From Eledone cirrhosa (Eukaryota), in NCBI GenBank assembly GCA_964016885.1, contig OZ024742.1, positions 14,136,001 to 14,200,000 on the forward strand: a stretch of 64,000 nucleotides of DNA, given 5' to 3'. Below, one piece after another: positions 15,001 to 29,029 of this stretch. Made by a program: the position numbers and the translations under genes. Positions within the stretch are counted from its first letter, which is position 1. Every line of letters starts with the position of its first letter. The notes under the pieces are model-generated. The model did not search any database and had not been told where the DNA came from. It was given only the letters and a program-made list of their open reading frames with translations.

Positions 15001-18000
15001 ATTGACCACCTGACCTAATCTAACCTCAATGTGAGACCTCTAACCCTAGAACTGAACATCTGACCTTGTCTAGCCTCAATGTATGACTTATCCCTAGAAG
15101 TGATCACCTGACCTAGTCTAGCCTCAATGTGAGACCATCTAACGCAAAAAGTGACCACCTGACCTAGTGTAACCTCAATGTGAGATCTAACCCTAGAAGT
15201 GACCACCTCACTTAGTCTAGCCTGAATGTGAGACCTTCTAACCTTAGAAGTGACCACCTGAGCTAATCTAGTCTCAATGTGAGACTATCTAACCCAAGAA
15301 GTGACCAGCTGACCTAGTCTAGCCTCAATGTGAGACGATCTAACCCAAGAAGTGACCACCTGAACTGGTGTAACCTCAATGAGACCTAACCCTAGAAGTG
15401 ACAACCTGACCTAGTGTAAACTGAATGTGAGACCTAACCCTAGAAGTGACAACCTGACCTAGTGTAAACTGAATGTGAGACCTAACCCAAGAAGTGACCA
15501 CCTGACCTAGTCTAGCCTCAATGTGAGACGATCTAACCCAAGAAGTGACCACCTGAACTAGTGTAACCTCAATGAGACCTAACCCTAGAAGTGACAACCT
15601 GACCTAGTCTAGCCTCAATGTGAGACCTAACCCTAGCAGTGACTACCTGACCTAGTCTAGCCTCAACGTGAGACCTAACCCTAGAAGTGATTACCTGACC
15701 TAATCTAGCCTCAATGTGAGACTATCTAACCCAAGAAGTGACCACCTGACCTAGTCTAGCCTCAATGTGAGACCATCTAACCCTAGAAGTGACCACCTGA
15801 CCTAGTCTAACCTCAATGTGAGACCTCTAACCCTAGAAATGACCAGCTGACCTTGTCTAGCCTCAATGTTTGACCTTCTATCCCTAGAAGTGACCACCTG
15901 ACCTAGTCTAGCCTCAACGTGAGATAATCTAACGCAAGAAGTGACCACCTGACCTAGTGTAACCTCAATGTGAGACCTAACCCTAGAAGTGACCAGCTGA
16001 CCTAGTCTAGCCTCAATGTGAGACTTCTAACCCTAGAAGTGACAACCTGACCGAGTGTAAACTGAATGTGAGACCTAACCCTAGAAGTGATCAGCTGACC
16101 TAGTCTAGCCTCAATGTGTGACCTATCCCTAGAAGTGACCACCTGACCTAGTGTAACCTAACCCTAGAAGTGACCAACTGACCTAGTCTAGCCTAAATGT
16201 GAGACCTAACCCTAGAAGTGACCACCTGACCTAGTCTAGCCTCAATGTGAGACCATCTAACGCAAGAAGTGACCACCTGACCTAGTGTAACCTCATTGTG
16301 AGACATAACCCTAGAAGTGACCACCTGACCTAGTCTAACCTCAATGTGAGACCTTTTAACCCTAGAAGTGACCACCTGACCTAGTCTAGCCTCAATGTGA
16401 GACCTAACCCTAGAAGTGACCACCTGACCTAGTCTAGCCTCAATGTGAGATTTCTAAACCTAGAAGTGACAACCTAACCAAGTGTAAACTGAATGTGAGA
16501 CCTAACCCAAGAAGTGACCATCTGACATAGTCTAGCCTCAATGTGAGACCTAACCCTAGAAGTGACCACCTCACCTAGTCTAACCTCAATGTGAGACCTC
16601 TAACCCTAGAAGTGACCAGCTGACCTTGTCTAGCCTCAATGTGTGACTTATCCCTAGAAGTGACCACCTGACCTAGTGTAACCTAAACCTAGAAGTGACC
16701 ACCTGACCTTGTCTAGCCTCACTGTGAGACCATCTAACGCAAGGAGTGACCACCTGACCTAGTGTAACCTCAATGTGAGAACTTCTAACCCTAGAAGTGA
16801 CCACTTACCTAGTCTAACCTCAATGTGAGACCTAACCCTAGAAGTGACCACCAGACCTAGTCTAGCCTCAATGTGAGACCTTCTAACCCTAGAAGTGACC
16901 ACCTTACCTAGTCTAGTCTCAATGTGAGACCTAACCCTAGAAGTGACCACCTGACCTAGTCTAGCCTCAATGTGAGATCTTACTCTAGAAGTGACCACCT
17001 GACCTAGTCTAGCCTCAATGTGAGACCTAACCCTAGAAGTGACCACCTGACCTAGTCTAGCCTCAATGTGAGACCTAACCTTAGAAGTGACCACCTGACC
17101 TAATCTAGTCTCAATTTTAGACTATCTAACCCAAGAAGTGACCAGCTGACCTAGTCTAGCCTCAATGTGAGACCTAACTCTCGAAGTGAACACCTGACCT
17201 GGTCTAGCCTCAATGTGAGACCATCTAACCCTAGAAGTGACCACCTTACCTAGTCTAGTCTCATTGTGAGACCTAACCCTAGAAGTGAACACCTGACCTA
17301 GTCTAGTCTCAATGTGAGACCTAACCCTAGAAGTGACCACCTGACCTAATCTAGCCTCAATGTGAGACTATCTAACCCAAGAAGTGACCACCTGACCTAG
17401 TCTAGCCTCAATGTGAGACCATCTAACCCTAGAAGTGACCACCTTACCTAGTCTAACCTCAATGTGAGACCTCTAACCCTAGAAGTGACCAGCTGACCTT
17501 GTCTAGCCACAATCTTTGACTTTCTATCCCTAGAAGTGACCACCTGACCTAGTCTAGCCTCAATGTGAGATAATCTAACGCAAGAAGTGACCACCTGACC
17601 TAGTGTAACCTCAATGTGAGACCTAACCCTAGAAATGACCACCTAACCTAGTCTAACCTCAATGTGAGACCTTGTAACCCTAGAAGTGACCACCTGACCT
17701 AGTCTAGCCTCAATGTGAGACCTAACGCTCGAAGTGAACACCTGACCTAGTCTAGCCTCAATGTGAGACCATCTAACCCTAGAAGTGACCACCTTACCTA
17801 GTCTAGTCTCAATGTGAGACCTAACCCTAGAAGTGAACACCTGACCTAGTCTAGCCTCAATGTGAGACCTAACCCTAGAAGTGACCACCTGACCTAATCG
17901 AGCCTCAATGTGAGACTATCTAACCCAAGAAGTGACCACCTGACCTAGTCTAACCTCAATGTGAGACCATCTAACGCAAGAAGTGACCACCTGACCTAGT

Positions 18001-21000
18001 GTAACCTCAATGTGAGACCTTCTAACCCTAGAACTGACCACCTGACCTAATCTAGTCTCAATGTGAGACAATCTAACCCAAGAAGTGACCAGCTGACCTA
18101 GTCTAGCCTCAATGTGAGACTTCTAACCCTAGAAGTGACAACCTGACCGAGTGTAAACTGAATGTGAGACCTTCTAACCCAAGAAGTAACCACCTGACCT
18201 AGTCTAGCCTCCAATGTGAGACCTAATCCTAGAAGTGACCACCTGACCTAGTCTAGCCTCAATGTGAGACCTAACCCTAGCAGTGACCACCTGACCTAGT
18301 CTAGCCTCAATGTGAGACCTAACCTTAGAAGGGACCACCTGACCTAATCTAGACTCAATGTGAGATTATCTAACCCAAGAAGTGACCAGCTGACCTAGTC
18401 TAACCTCAATGTGAGACTTCTAACCCTAGAAGTGACAACCTGACCTAGTGTAAACTGAATGTGAGACCTTTTAACCCAAGAAGTGACCATCTGACCTAGT
18501 CTAGCCTCAATGTGAGACGATCTAACCCAAGAAGTGACCTGACCTAGTGTAACCTCAATGAGACCTTCTAACACTATAAGCGACCATCTGACCTAGTCCA
18601 GCCTCAATGTGAGATCTTCTAACCCTTGAAGTGACCACCTTACCTAGTCTAGCCTCATTTGGAGACCTAACTCTAGAAGTGACCACCTGACCTAGTCGAA
18701 CCTCAATGTGAGACCTAACCCTAGAAGTGACCACCTGACTTAGTCTAGCCTCAATGTGAGACCTAACCCTAGAAGTGACCACCTGACCTACTGTAGCCTC
18801 AATGTGAGAGTATCTAACCCAAAAAGTGACCACCTGACCTAGTCTAGCCTCAATGTGAGACCATCTAACCCTAGAAGTGACCACCTGACCTAATCTAACC
18901 TCAATGTGAGACCTCTAACCCTAGAACTGAACAGCTGACCTTGTCTAGCCTCAATGTATGACCTATCCCTAGAAGTGACCACCTGACCTAGTCTAGTCTC
19001 AATGTAAGACCTAACCCTAGAAGTGACTACCTTACCTAGTGTAACCTAAACCTAGAAGTGACCACCTGACCTTGTCTAGCCTCAATGTGAGACCATCTAA
19101 CGCAAGAAGTGACCACCTGACCTAGTTTAACCTCAATGTGAGACCTTCTAACCCTAGAAGTGACCACCTGACCTAGTCTAACCTCAATGTGAGACCTAAC
19201 CCTAGAAGTGACCACCTGACCTAGTCTAGCCTCAATGTGAGACAATCTAATGCAAGATGTGACCACCTGACCTAGTGTGACCTCAATGTGAGACCTTCTA
19301 CCCTAGAAGTGACCACCTGACCTAATCTAGTCTCAATGTGAGACTATCTAACCCAAGAAGTGACCACCAGACCTAGTCTAGCCTCAATGTGAGACCTTCT
19401 AACCCTAGAAGTGACCACCTTACCTAGTCTAGTCTCAATGTGAGACCTAACCCTAGAAGTGACCACCTGACCTAGTCTAGCCTCAATGTGAGATCTTACT
19501 CTAGAAGTGACCACCTGACCTAGTCTAGCCTCAATGTGAGACCTAACCCTAGAAGTGACCACCTGACCTAGTCTAGCCTCAATGTGAGACCTAACCTTAG
19601 AAGTGACCACCTGACCTAATCTAGTCTCAATTTTAGACTATCTAACCCAAGAAGTGACCAGCTGACCTAGTCTAGCCTCAATGTGAGACCTAACTCTCGA
19701 AGTGAACACCTGACCTGGTCTAGCCTCAATGTGAGACCATCTAACCCTAGAAGTGACCACCTTACCTAGTCTAGTCTCATTGTGAGACCTAACCCTAGAA
19801 GTGAACACCTGACCTAGTCTAGTCTCAATGTGAGACCTAACCCTAGAAGTGACCACCTGACCTAATCTAGCCTCAATGTGAGACTATCTAACCCAAGAAG
19901 TGACCACCTGACCTAGTCTAGCCTCAATGTGAGACCATCTAACCCTAGAAGTGACCACCTTACCTAGTCTAACCTCAATGTGAGACCTCTAACCCTAGAA
20001 GTGACCAGCTGACCTTGTCTAGCCACAATCTTTGACTTTCTATCCCTAGAAGTGACCACCTGACCTAGTCTAGCCTCAATGTGAGATAATCTAACGCAAG
20101 AAGTGACCACCTGACCTAGTGTAACCTCAATGTGAGACCTAACCCTAGAAATGACCACCTAACCTAGTCTAACCTCAATGTGAGACCTTGTAACCCTAGA
20201 AGTGACCACCTGACCTAGTCTAGCCTCAATGTGAGACCTAACGCTCGAAGTGAACACCTGACCTAGTCTAGCCTCAATGTGAGACCATCTAACCCTAGAA
20301 GTGACCACCTTACCTAGTCTAGTCTCAATGTGAGACCTAACCCTAGAAGTGAACACCTGACCTAGTCTAGCCTCAATGTGAGACCTAACCCTAGAAGTGA
20401 CCACCTGACCTAATCGAGCCTCAATGTGAGACTATCTAACCCAAGAAGTGACCACCTGACCTAGTCTAACCTCAATGTGAGACCATCTAACGCAAGAAGT
20501 GACCACCTGACCTAGTGTAACCTCAATGTGAGACCTTCTAACCCTAGAACTGACCACCTGACCTAATCTAGTCTCAATGTGAGACAATCTAACCCAAGAA
20601 GTGACCAGCTGACCTAGTCTAGCCTCAATGTGAGACTTCTAACCCTAGAAGTGACAACCTGACCGAGTGTAAACTGAATGTGAGACCTTCTAACCCAAGA
20701 AGTAACCACCTGACCTAGTCTAGCCTCCAATGTGAGACCTAATCCTAGAAGTGACCACCTGACCTAGTCTAGCCTCAATGTGAGACCTAACCCTAGCAGT
20801 GACCACCTGACCTAGTCTAGCCTCAATGTGAGACCTAACCTTAGAAGGGACCACCTGACCTAATCTAGACTCAATGTGAGATTATCTAACCCAAGAAGTG
20901 ACCAGCTGACCTAGTCTAACCTCAATGTGAGACTTCTAACCCTAGAAGTGACAACCTGACCTAGTGTAAACTGAATGTGAGACCTTTTAACCCAAGAAGT

Positions 21001-24000
21001 GACCATCTGACCTAGTCTAGCCTCAATGTGAGACGATCTAACCCAAGAAGTGACCTGACCTAGTGTAACCTCAATGAGACCTTCTAACACTATAAGCGAC
21101 CATCTGACCTAGTCCAGCCTCAATGTGAGATCTTCTAACCCTTGAAGTGACCACCTTACCTAGTCTAGCCTCATTTGGAGACCTAACTCTAGAAGTGACC
21201 ACCTGACCTAGTCGAACCTCAATGTGAGACCTAACCCTAGAAGTGACCACCTGACTTAGTCTAGCCTCAATGTGAGACCTAACCCTAGAAGTGACCACCT
21301 GACCTACTGTAGCCTCAATGTGAGAGTATCTAACCCAAAAAGTGACCACCTGACCTAGTCTAGCCTCAATGTGAGACCATCTAACCCTAGAAGTGACCAC
21401 CTGACCTAATCTAACCTCAATGTGAGACCTCTAACCCTAGAACTGAACAGCTGACCTTGTCTAGCCTCAATGTATGACCTATCCCTAGAAGTGACCACCT
21501 GACCTAGTCTAGTCTCAATGTAAGACCTAACCCTAGAAGTGACTACCTTACCTAGTGTAACCTAAACCTAGAAGTGACCACCTGACCTTGTCTAGCCTCA
21601 ATGTGAGACCATCTAACGCAAGAAGTGACCACCTGACCTAGTTTAACCTCAATGTGAGACCTTCTAACCCTAGAAGTGACCACCTGACCTAGTCTAACCT
21701 CAATGTGAGACCTAACCCTAGAAGTGACCACCTGACCTAGTCTAGCCTCAATGTGAGACAATCTAATGCAAGATGTGACCACCTGACCTAGTGTGACCTC
21801 AATGTGAGACCTTCTACCCTAGAAGTGACCACCTGACCTAATCTAGTCTCAATGTGAGACTATCTAACCCAAGAAGTGACCACCTTACCTAGTCTAGTCT
21901 CAATGTGAGACCTAACCCTAGAAGTGACCACCTGACCTAGTCTAGCCTCAATGTGAGATCTAACCCTAGAAGTGACAACCTGACCTAGTCTAGCCTCAAT
22001 GTGAGACTTCTAACCCTAGAAGTGACGACCTGACCTAGTGTAAACTGAATGTGAGACCTAACCCAAGAAGTGACCACCTGACCTAGTCTAGCTACAATGA
22101 GAGATCTTCTAACCCTTGAATTGACCACCTGACCTAGTCTAGCCTCATTGTGAGACCTAACCCTAGAAGTGACCACCTGACCTAGTCTAACCTCAATGTG
22201 AGACCTAACCCTAGCAGTGACCACCTGACCTAGTCTAGCCTCAATGTGAGATAATCTAATGCAAGATGTGACCACCTGACCTAGTGTAACCTCAATGTGA
22301 GACCTTCTAACCGTAGAAGTGACCACCTGACCTAATCTAGTCTCAATGTGAGACTATCTAACCCAAGAAGTGACCACCTTATCTAGTCTAGTCTCAATGT
22401 GAGACCTAGCCCTAGAAATGACCACCTGACCTAGTCTAGCCTCAATGTGAGACCTAACCCTAGAAGTGACCACCTGACCTAGTCTAGCCTCAATGTGAGA
22501 GTATCTAACACAAGAAGTGACCATCTGACCTAGTCTAACCTCAAAGTGAGACCTCTAACCCTAGAAGTGACCACCTGACCTTGTCTAGCCTCAATGTTTG
22601 ACCTTCTTTCCCTAGAAGTGACCACCTGACCTAGTCTAGCCTCCATGTGAGATCATCTAACGCAAGAAGTGACCACCTGACCTAGTGTAACCTCAATGTG
22701 AGACCTAACCCTAGAAGTGACCACCTGACCTAATCTAGTCTCAATGTGAGACTATCTAACCCAAGAAGTGACCAGTTGACCTAGTGTAAACTGAATGTGA
22801 GACCTAACCCAAGAAGTGACCACCTGACCTAGTCTAGATACAATGTGAGATCTTCTAACCCTTGAATTGACCACCTGACCTAGTCTAACCTCAATGTGAG
22901 ACCTTCTAACCCTAAAAGTGACCACCTGACCTAGTCTAGCCTCAATGTGAGACCTTCTAACCCTAGAAGTGAACACCTGACCTAGTCTAGCCTCAATGTG
23001 AGACCTAACCCTAGAAGTGACCACCTGACCTAGTCTAGTCTCAATATGAGACCTTCTAACCTTAGAAGTGACCACCTGACCTAATCTAGTCTCAATGTGA
23101 GACTATCTAACCCAAGAAGTGACCAGCTGACCTAGTCTTGCCTCAATGTGAGACTTCTAACCCTAGAAGTGACAACCTGACCTAGTGTAAACTGAATGTG
23201 AGACCTTCTAACCCAAGAAGTTACCACCTGACCTAGTCTAGCTACAATGTGAGATCTTCTAACCCTTGAATTGACCACCTGACCTAGTCTAGCCTCATTG
23301 TGAGACCTAACCCTAGAAGTGACCACCTGACCTAGTCTAGTCTCAATGTGAGACTATCTAACCCAAGAAGTGACCAGCTGACCTAGTCTTGCCTCAATGT
23401 GAGACTTCTAACCCTAGAAGTGACAACCTGACCTAGTGTAAACTGAATGTGAGACCTTCTAACCCAAGAAGTTACCACCTGACCTAGTCTAGCTACAATG
23501 TGAGATCTTCTAACCCTTGAATTGACCACCTGACCTAGTCTAGCCTCATTGTGAGACCTAACCCTAGAAGTGACCACCTGACCTAGTCTAGCCTCAATGT
23601 TTGACCTTCTATCCCTAGAAGTGACCACCTGACCTAGTCTAGCCTCAATGTGAGATAATCTAACGCAAGAAGTGACCACCTGACCTAGTGTAACCTCAAT
23701 GTGAGACCTAACCCTAGAAGTGACCACCTGACCTAATCTAGTCTCAATGTGAGACTCTAACCCAGGAAGTGACCAGCTGACCTAGTCTAGCCTCAATGTG
23801 AGACTTCTAACCCTAGAAGTGACAACCTGACCGAGTGTAAACTGAATGTGAGACCTTCTAACCCAAGAAGTGACCACCTGACCTAGTCTAGCCTCAATGT
23901 GAGATGATCTAACCCAAGAAGTGACCACCTGACCTAGTCTAGCCTCAATGTGAGACGATCTAACCCAAGAAGTGACAACCTGAACTAGTGTAACCTCAAT

Positions 24001-27000
24001 GAGACCTAACCCTAGAAGTGACAACTTGACCTAGTCTAGCCTCAATGTGAGACCTAACCCTAGAAGTGACCACCTGACCTGGTCTAGCCTCAATGTGAGA
24101 CCTAACCCTAGAAGTGACCACCTGACCTAGTCTAACCTCAATGTGAGACCTCTAACCCTAGAAGTGACCAGCTGACCTTGTCTAGCCTCAATGTGTGACC
24201 TATCCCTAGAAGTGACCACCTGACCTAGTCTAGCCTCAATGTGAGACCTACCCCTAGATGTGACCACCTGACCTAATCTAGCCTCAATGTGAGACTTCTA
24301 ACCCTAGAAGTGACAACCTGACGTAGTGTAAACTGAATGTGAGACCTAACTCAAGAAGTGACCACCTGACCTAGTCTAGCTACAATGTGAGATCTTCTAA
24401 CCCTTGAATTGACCACCTGACCTAGTCTAGCCTCATTGTGAGACCTAACCCTAGAAGTGACCACCTGACCTAGTCTAACCTCAATGTTAGACCTAACCCT
24501 AGCAGTGACCACCTGACCTAGTCTAGCCTCAATGTGAGACCTAACCCTAGAAGTGACCACCTTACCAAGTCTAGCCTCAATGTGAGACCATCTAACCCTA
24601 GAAGTGACCACCTGACCTAGTCTAACCTTAATGTGAGACCTCTAACCCTAGAAGTGACCAGCTGACCTTGTCTAGCCTCAATGTTGACCTATCCCTAGAA
24701 GCGACCACCTGACCTAGTGTAGCCTCAATGTGAGATAATCTAACGCAAGATGTGACCACCTGACCCAGTGTAACCTCAATGTGAGACCTTCTAACCCTAG
24801 AAGTGACCACCTGACCTAATCTAGTCTCAATGTGAGACTATCTAACCCAAGAAGTGACCACCTGACCTAGTCTAACCTCAATGTGAGACCTAACCCTAGA
24901 AGTGACCAGCTGACCTTGTCTAGCCTCAATGTGTGACCTTCTATCCCTAGAAGTGACCACCTGACCTAGTGTAACCTAAACCTAGAAGTGACCACCTGAC
25001 CTTGTCTAGCCTCAATGTGAGACCATCTAACGCAAGAAGTGACCACCTGACCTAGTGTAACCTCAATGTGAGACCTTCTAACCCTAGAAGTGACCACCTG
25101 ACCTAATCTAGTCTCAATGTGAGACTATCTAACCCAAGAAGTGACCACCTGACCTAGTCTAACCTCAATGTGAGACCTAACCCTAGAAGTGACCAGCTGA
25201 CCTTGTCTAGCCTCAATGTGTGACCTTCTATCCCTAGAAGTGACCACCTGACCTAGTGTAACCTAAACCTAGAAGTGACCACCTGACCTTGTCTAGCCTC
25301 AATGTGAGACCATCTAACGCAAGAAGTGACCACCTGACCTAGTGTAACCTCAATGTGAGACCTTCTAACCCTAGAAGTGACCACCTTACCTAGTCTAGTC
25401 TCAATGTGAGACATAACCCTAGAAGTGACCACCTGACCTAGTCTAGCCTCAATGTGAGACCTAACCCTAGAAGTGACCACCTGACCTAGTCTAGCCTCAA
25501 TGTCAGACCTAACCCTAGAAGTGACCACCTGACCTAGTCTAGCCTCAATGTGAGACCTAACCTTAGAAGTGACCACCTGCCCTAATCTAGTCTCAATGTG
25601 AGACTATCTAACCCAAGAAGTGACCAGCTGACCAGTCTAGCCTCAATGTGAGACTTCTAACCCTAGAAGCGACAACCTGACCTAGTGTAAACTGAATGTG
25701 AGACCTAACCCAAGATGTGACCATCTGACCTAGTCTAGCCTCAATGTGAGACGATCTAACCCAAGAAGTGACCACCTGACCTACTGTAACCTCAATGAGA
25801 CCTAACACTAGAAGCGACCATCTCACCTAGTCTAGCCTCAATGTGAGATTTTCTAACCCTTGAAGTGACCACCTGACCTATCCTAGCCTCATTTGGAGAC
25901 CTAACCCAAGAAGTGCCCAGCTGACGTAGTCTAACCTCAATGTTAGACCTAACCCTATCAGTGACAACCTGACCTAGTCTAGCCTCAATGTGAGACCTTC
26001 TAACCCTAGAAGTGACCACCTGACCTAGTCTAACCTCAATGTGAGACCTCTAACCCTAAAAGTGACCAGCTGACCTTGTCTAGCCTCAATGTTTGACCTT
26101 CTATCCCTAGAAGTGACAACCTGATCTAGTCTAGCCTCAATGTGAGACCTAATAAACCGTAGAAGTGACCACCTGACTTAGTTTAGCCTCAATGTGAGAC
26201 CTAACCCTAAAGTGACCACCTGACCTTGTCTAGCCTCAATATTTGACCTAACCCAAGAAGTGACCACCTGACCTAGTCTAGCCTCAGTGTGAGACCTAAC
26301 CCTAGAAATGACCACCTGACCTAGTCTAGCCTCAATGTGAGACCTAACTCTTGAACTGACCACCTGACTTAGTCTAGCCTCAATGTGAGACCTAACCCTA
26401 GAAGTGACCACCTGACCTAGTCTAACCTCAATGTGAGACCTTCTAACCCTAGAAGTGACCACCTGACCGAGTGTAACCTCAATGTGAGACCTAGCCCTAT
26501 AAGTGACCACCTGAACTAGTGTAACCTCAATGTGAGATCATCTAGCCCTAGAAGTGATCACCTGACCTAGTTTACCCTCAATGTGAGATCTTCTAACCCT
26601 AGAAGTGACCATCTGACCTTTTAGCCTCAATGTGAGACCATCTAACCCTAGAAGTGACCACCTGACCTAGTGTAGCCTAAATGTGAGACCTTCTAACCCA
26701 AGAAGTGACTACCTGATCTAGTGTAACCTCAATGTGAGACCTAACCCTAGAAGTGACAATCTGACCTTGTCTAGCCTCAATGTGAGACCTGACCTAGTCT
26801 AGCCTCAATGTGAGACCTAACCCTAGAAGTGACCATGTGACCTAGTCTAGCCTCAATGTGAGACCTAACCCTAGAAGTGACCATGTGACCTAGTCTAGCC
26901 TCAATGTGAGACCTAACCCTAGAAGTGACCATGTGACCTAGTCTAGCCTCAATGTGAGACCTAACCCTAGAAGTGACCACGTGACCTAGTCTAGCCTCAA

Positions 27001-27591
27001 TGTGAGACCTAACCCTAGAAGTGACCAGCTGACCTACTTTACCCTCAATGTGAGACCTAACCCTATAATTGACCAGCTGACCTAGTCTAGCCTCAATTTC
27101 AGACCTAACCCTAGAAGTGACAACCTGACCTAGTCTAGCCTCAATGTGAGACCTAACCCAAGAAGTGACCACCTGACCTAGTCTAGCCTCAATGTGAGAC
27201 CTAACCCTAGAAGTGACCACCTAACCTAGTCTAGCCTCAATGTGAGACCTCTAACCCTAGAAGTGACCAGCTGACCTTGTCTAGCCTCAATGTGTGACCT
27301 ATCCCTAGAAGTGACCACCTGACCTAGTCTAGCCTTAATGTGAGACCTAACCCTAGAAGTGACCACCTGACCTAGTCTAACCTCAATGTGAGACCATCTA
27401 ACCCTAGAAGTGACCAGCTGACCTTGTCTAGCCTCAATGTGAGACCTCTAACCCTAGAAGTGACCAGCTGACCTTGTCTAGCCTCAATGTGTGACCTATC
27501 CCTAGAAGTGACCACCTCACCTAGTCTAGCCTCAATGTGAGACCATCTAACCCTAGAAGTGACCACCTGACCTAGTGTAACCTCAATGTGA
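1..27591. repeat. Satellite array, ~48-bp monomer (50/51-bp variants), consensus CCTAGAAGTGACCACCTGACCTAGTCTAGCCTCAATGTGAGACCTAAC; roughly 550 copies; continues beyond the left edge
   Basis: Monomer read directly. Minus-strand ORFs show the 16-aa period VVTSRVRSHIEARLGQ. The array stops ~75 bp before the first UCHL5 exon in the window. Confidence 0.98.
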
Positions 27592-27665
27592 CAGCAAGCA
27601 TGTAAAACATGTAAAATGATGTAATTCCATAATGAGTAATTTCTTTCTTTCTATTTTCTTTACAG

Positions 27666-27727
27666 ATACGTGGATTAACTTTGAGTAATTCCGATGTTAT
27701 ACGCCAAGTCCACAATAGTTTCTCTAG
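27666..27727 (+). CDS. UCHL5: UCHL5/UCH37 internal exon (IRGLTLSNSDVIRQVHNSFS-R)
   Basis: Polypyrimidine tract and TACAG acceptor, AG|GTAAGA donor. Matches the UCHL5 motif GLALSNSDVIRQVHNSFAR. Phase 2 end fits the next exon. Confidence 0.93.
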
Positions 27728-27929
27728 GTAAGAATGGTCCCTTATTTTATGGCTTCAAGACTGTAAAATATGTGTTGATGGAGACTCACCTGACTATTGT
27801 TTCTAGCAAACCAAGCAACCATGTTGAGACACTCATTGAATCATATTTAAATATGTTAAATATAGACATTCTGGTGCTAGAACTAAAAACTCCCCATTCC
27901 GCACTATAAAGGGGTCATGCCAGACCCCC

Positions 27930-28225
27930 AACAAAAAGCACCCAGTTGTTAGGTGACAGTGCTGATGACAACAAAAATCACCCAGTTCAACCTGTAGGGC
28001 AGTAATACGGTTACCATGACAAAAAGCACCTAGTCCACTCTGTAAAGTGGTCGTTACAGTGTCACAACAAAAAGCACCCAGTCCACACTGTAAACTGATC
28101 GTGTAGGTGTCAACAAAAAGCACCCAGCACACACTGTAAAGTGGTTGTGTAGGTGTCAACAAAAAGCACCCAGCACACCCTGTAAATGTGGTTGGCATAA
28201 GGAAGCCATAGAAACTAAGCCAAAA
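27930..28225 (+). repeat. ~46-48-bp tandem repeats derived from the RTE LINE/SINE 3' tail (AAAAAGCACCCAG...CTGTAAAGTGG)
   Basis: The same unit occurs twice in the LINE 3' UTR at 60430-60510. Confidence 0.8.
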
Positions 28226-28271
28226 CCAGTTGTTTTTTTTTTGTATTTTATTGTTATTTTTATTTACCAAG

Positions 28272-28402
28272 GCAACAGATGTTTGAATTTGATGAGAAAC
28301 TAGCCAAGAAGGATGATGATGTATACCACTTTGTTGGTTATCTCCCTATTAATGGCCGTTTGTATGAACTAGATGGTTTAAAAGATGGACCAGTAGATTT
28401 AG
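28272..28402 (+). CDS. UCHL5: UCHL5 exon carrying catalytic His and Asp ([44 protein letters not shown])
   Basis: Peptidase C12 motifs YHF and LYELDGL. AAG acceptor after a T-rich tract, G|GTGAGT donor, phases consistent. Confidence 0.96.
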
Positions 28403-29029
28403 GTGAGTCTTATTCTTCTTTATTGTGGGATTATTGTCTTCCTTTTCTTGTTGTGTTGATTGATGATCATTGTAAACATGACTACCTCATATCTTTAGGG
28501 ATATCTAGGACTACATTATCTAATGTGCCCTTCCTCTTTTTTTTAAGACATTAGGTACTCTCAGGCCTCAAATAAGAGTTGTCACCCCACCCCACCCCTA
28601 CACGCTTATTAATTTTTCAGATTTTTCCAACCCCTTGCTATTATTCCATCCACCTCCAGTTATTAAATTTTACTACTCTATAAATCCCATACGTTATAAA
28701 ATAAATAGGATGGGTTGGGCTCTCAATATATAAATTAAACGACTAATTCTGGGTTTTTTTTTAAATCAACAGAGACAACCTAGAAAAATTACCAATTTTC
28801 CAACCCCCAGATGTGTGATGTTAGTGTACATGATCAGCATGTCCACTTTCCCTGCTAGCAAGGTCTGTATAGACCAAGTCAATACTGAAGTGGTGGCTAC
28901 TGATCTCCCAGACAGGCCAAGGATCTGTTGTATCACCTATGTTCCCAGCAAGGGTTGGACAGGTCTATATAGACCAAGTCAATACTGTAGCAATGGCTAC
29001 TGATCTCCCAGACAAGCCAGGGATCTGTT

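Noticed and set aside
145-27566. Dozens of Arg/Ser/Val-rich minus-strand ORFs
   Set aside because: They are translations of the 48-bp satellite with GTG/TTG starts, broken by 50-bp variants, with no gene structure.
1-27591. CRISPR-like or telomeric array
   Set aside because: There are no unique spacers, the context is eukaryotic, and there is only about one TTAGGG word per monomer.
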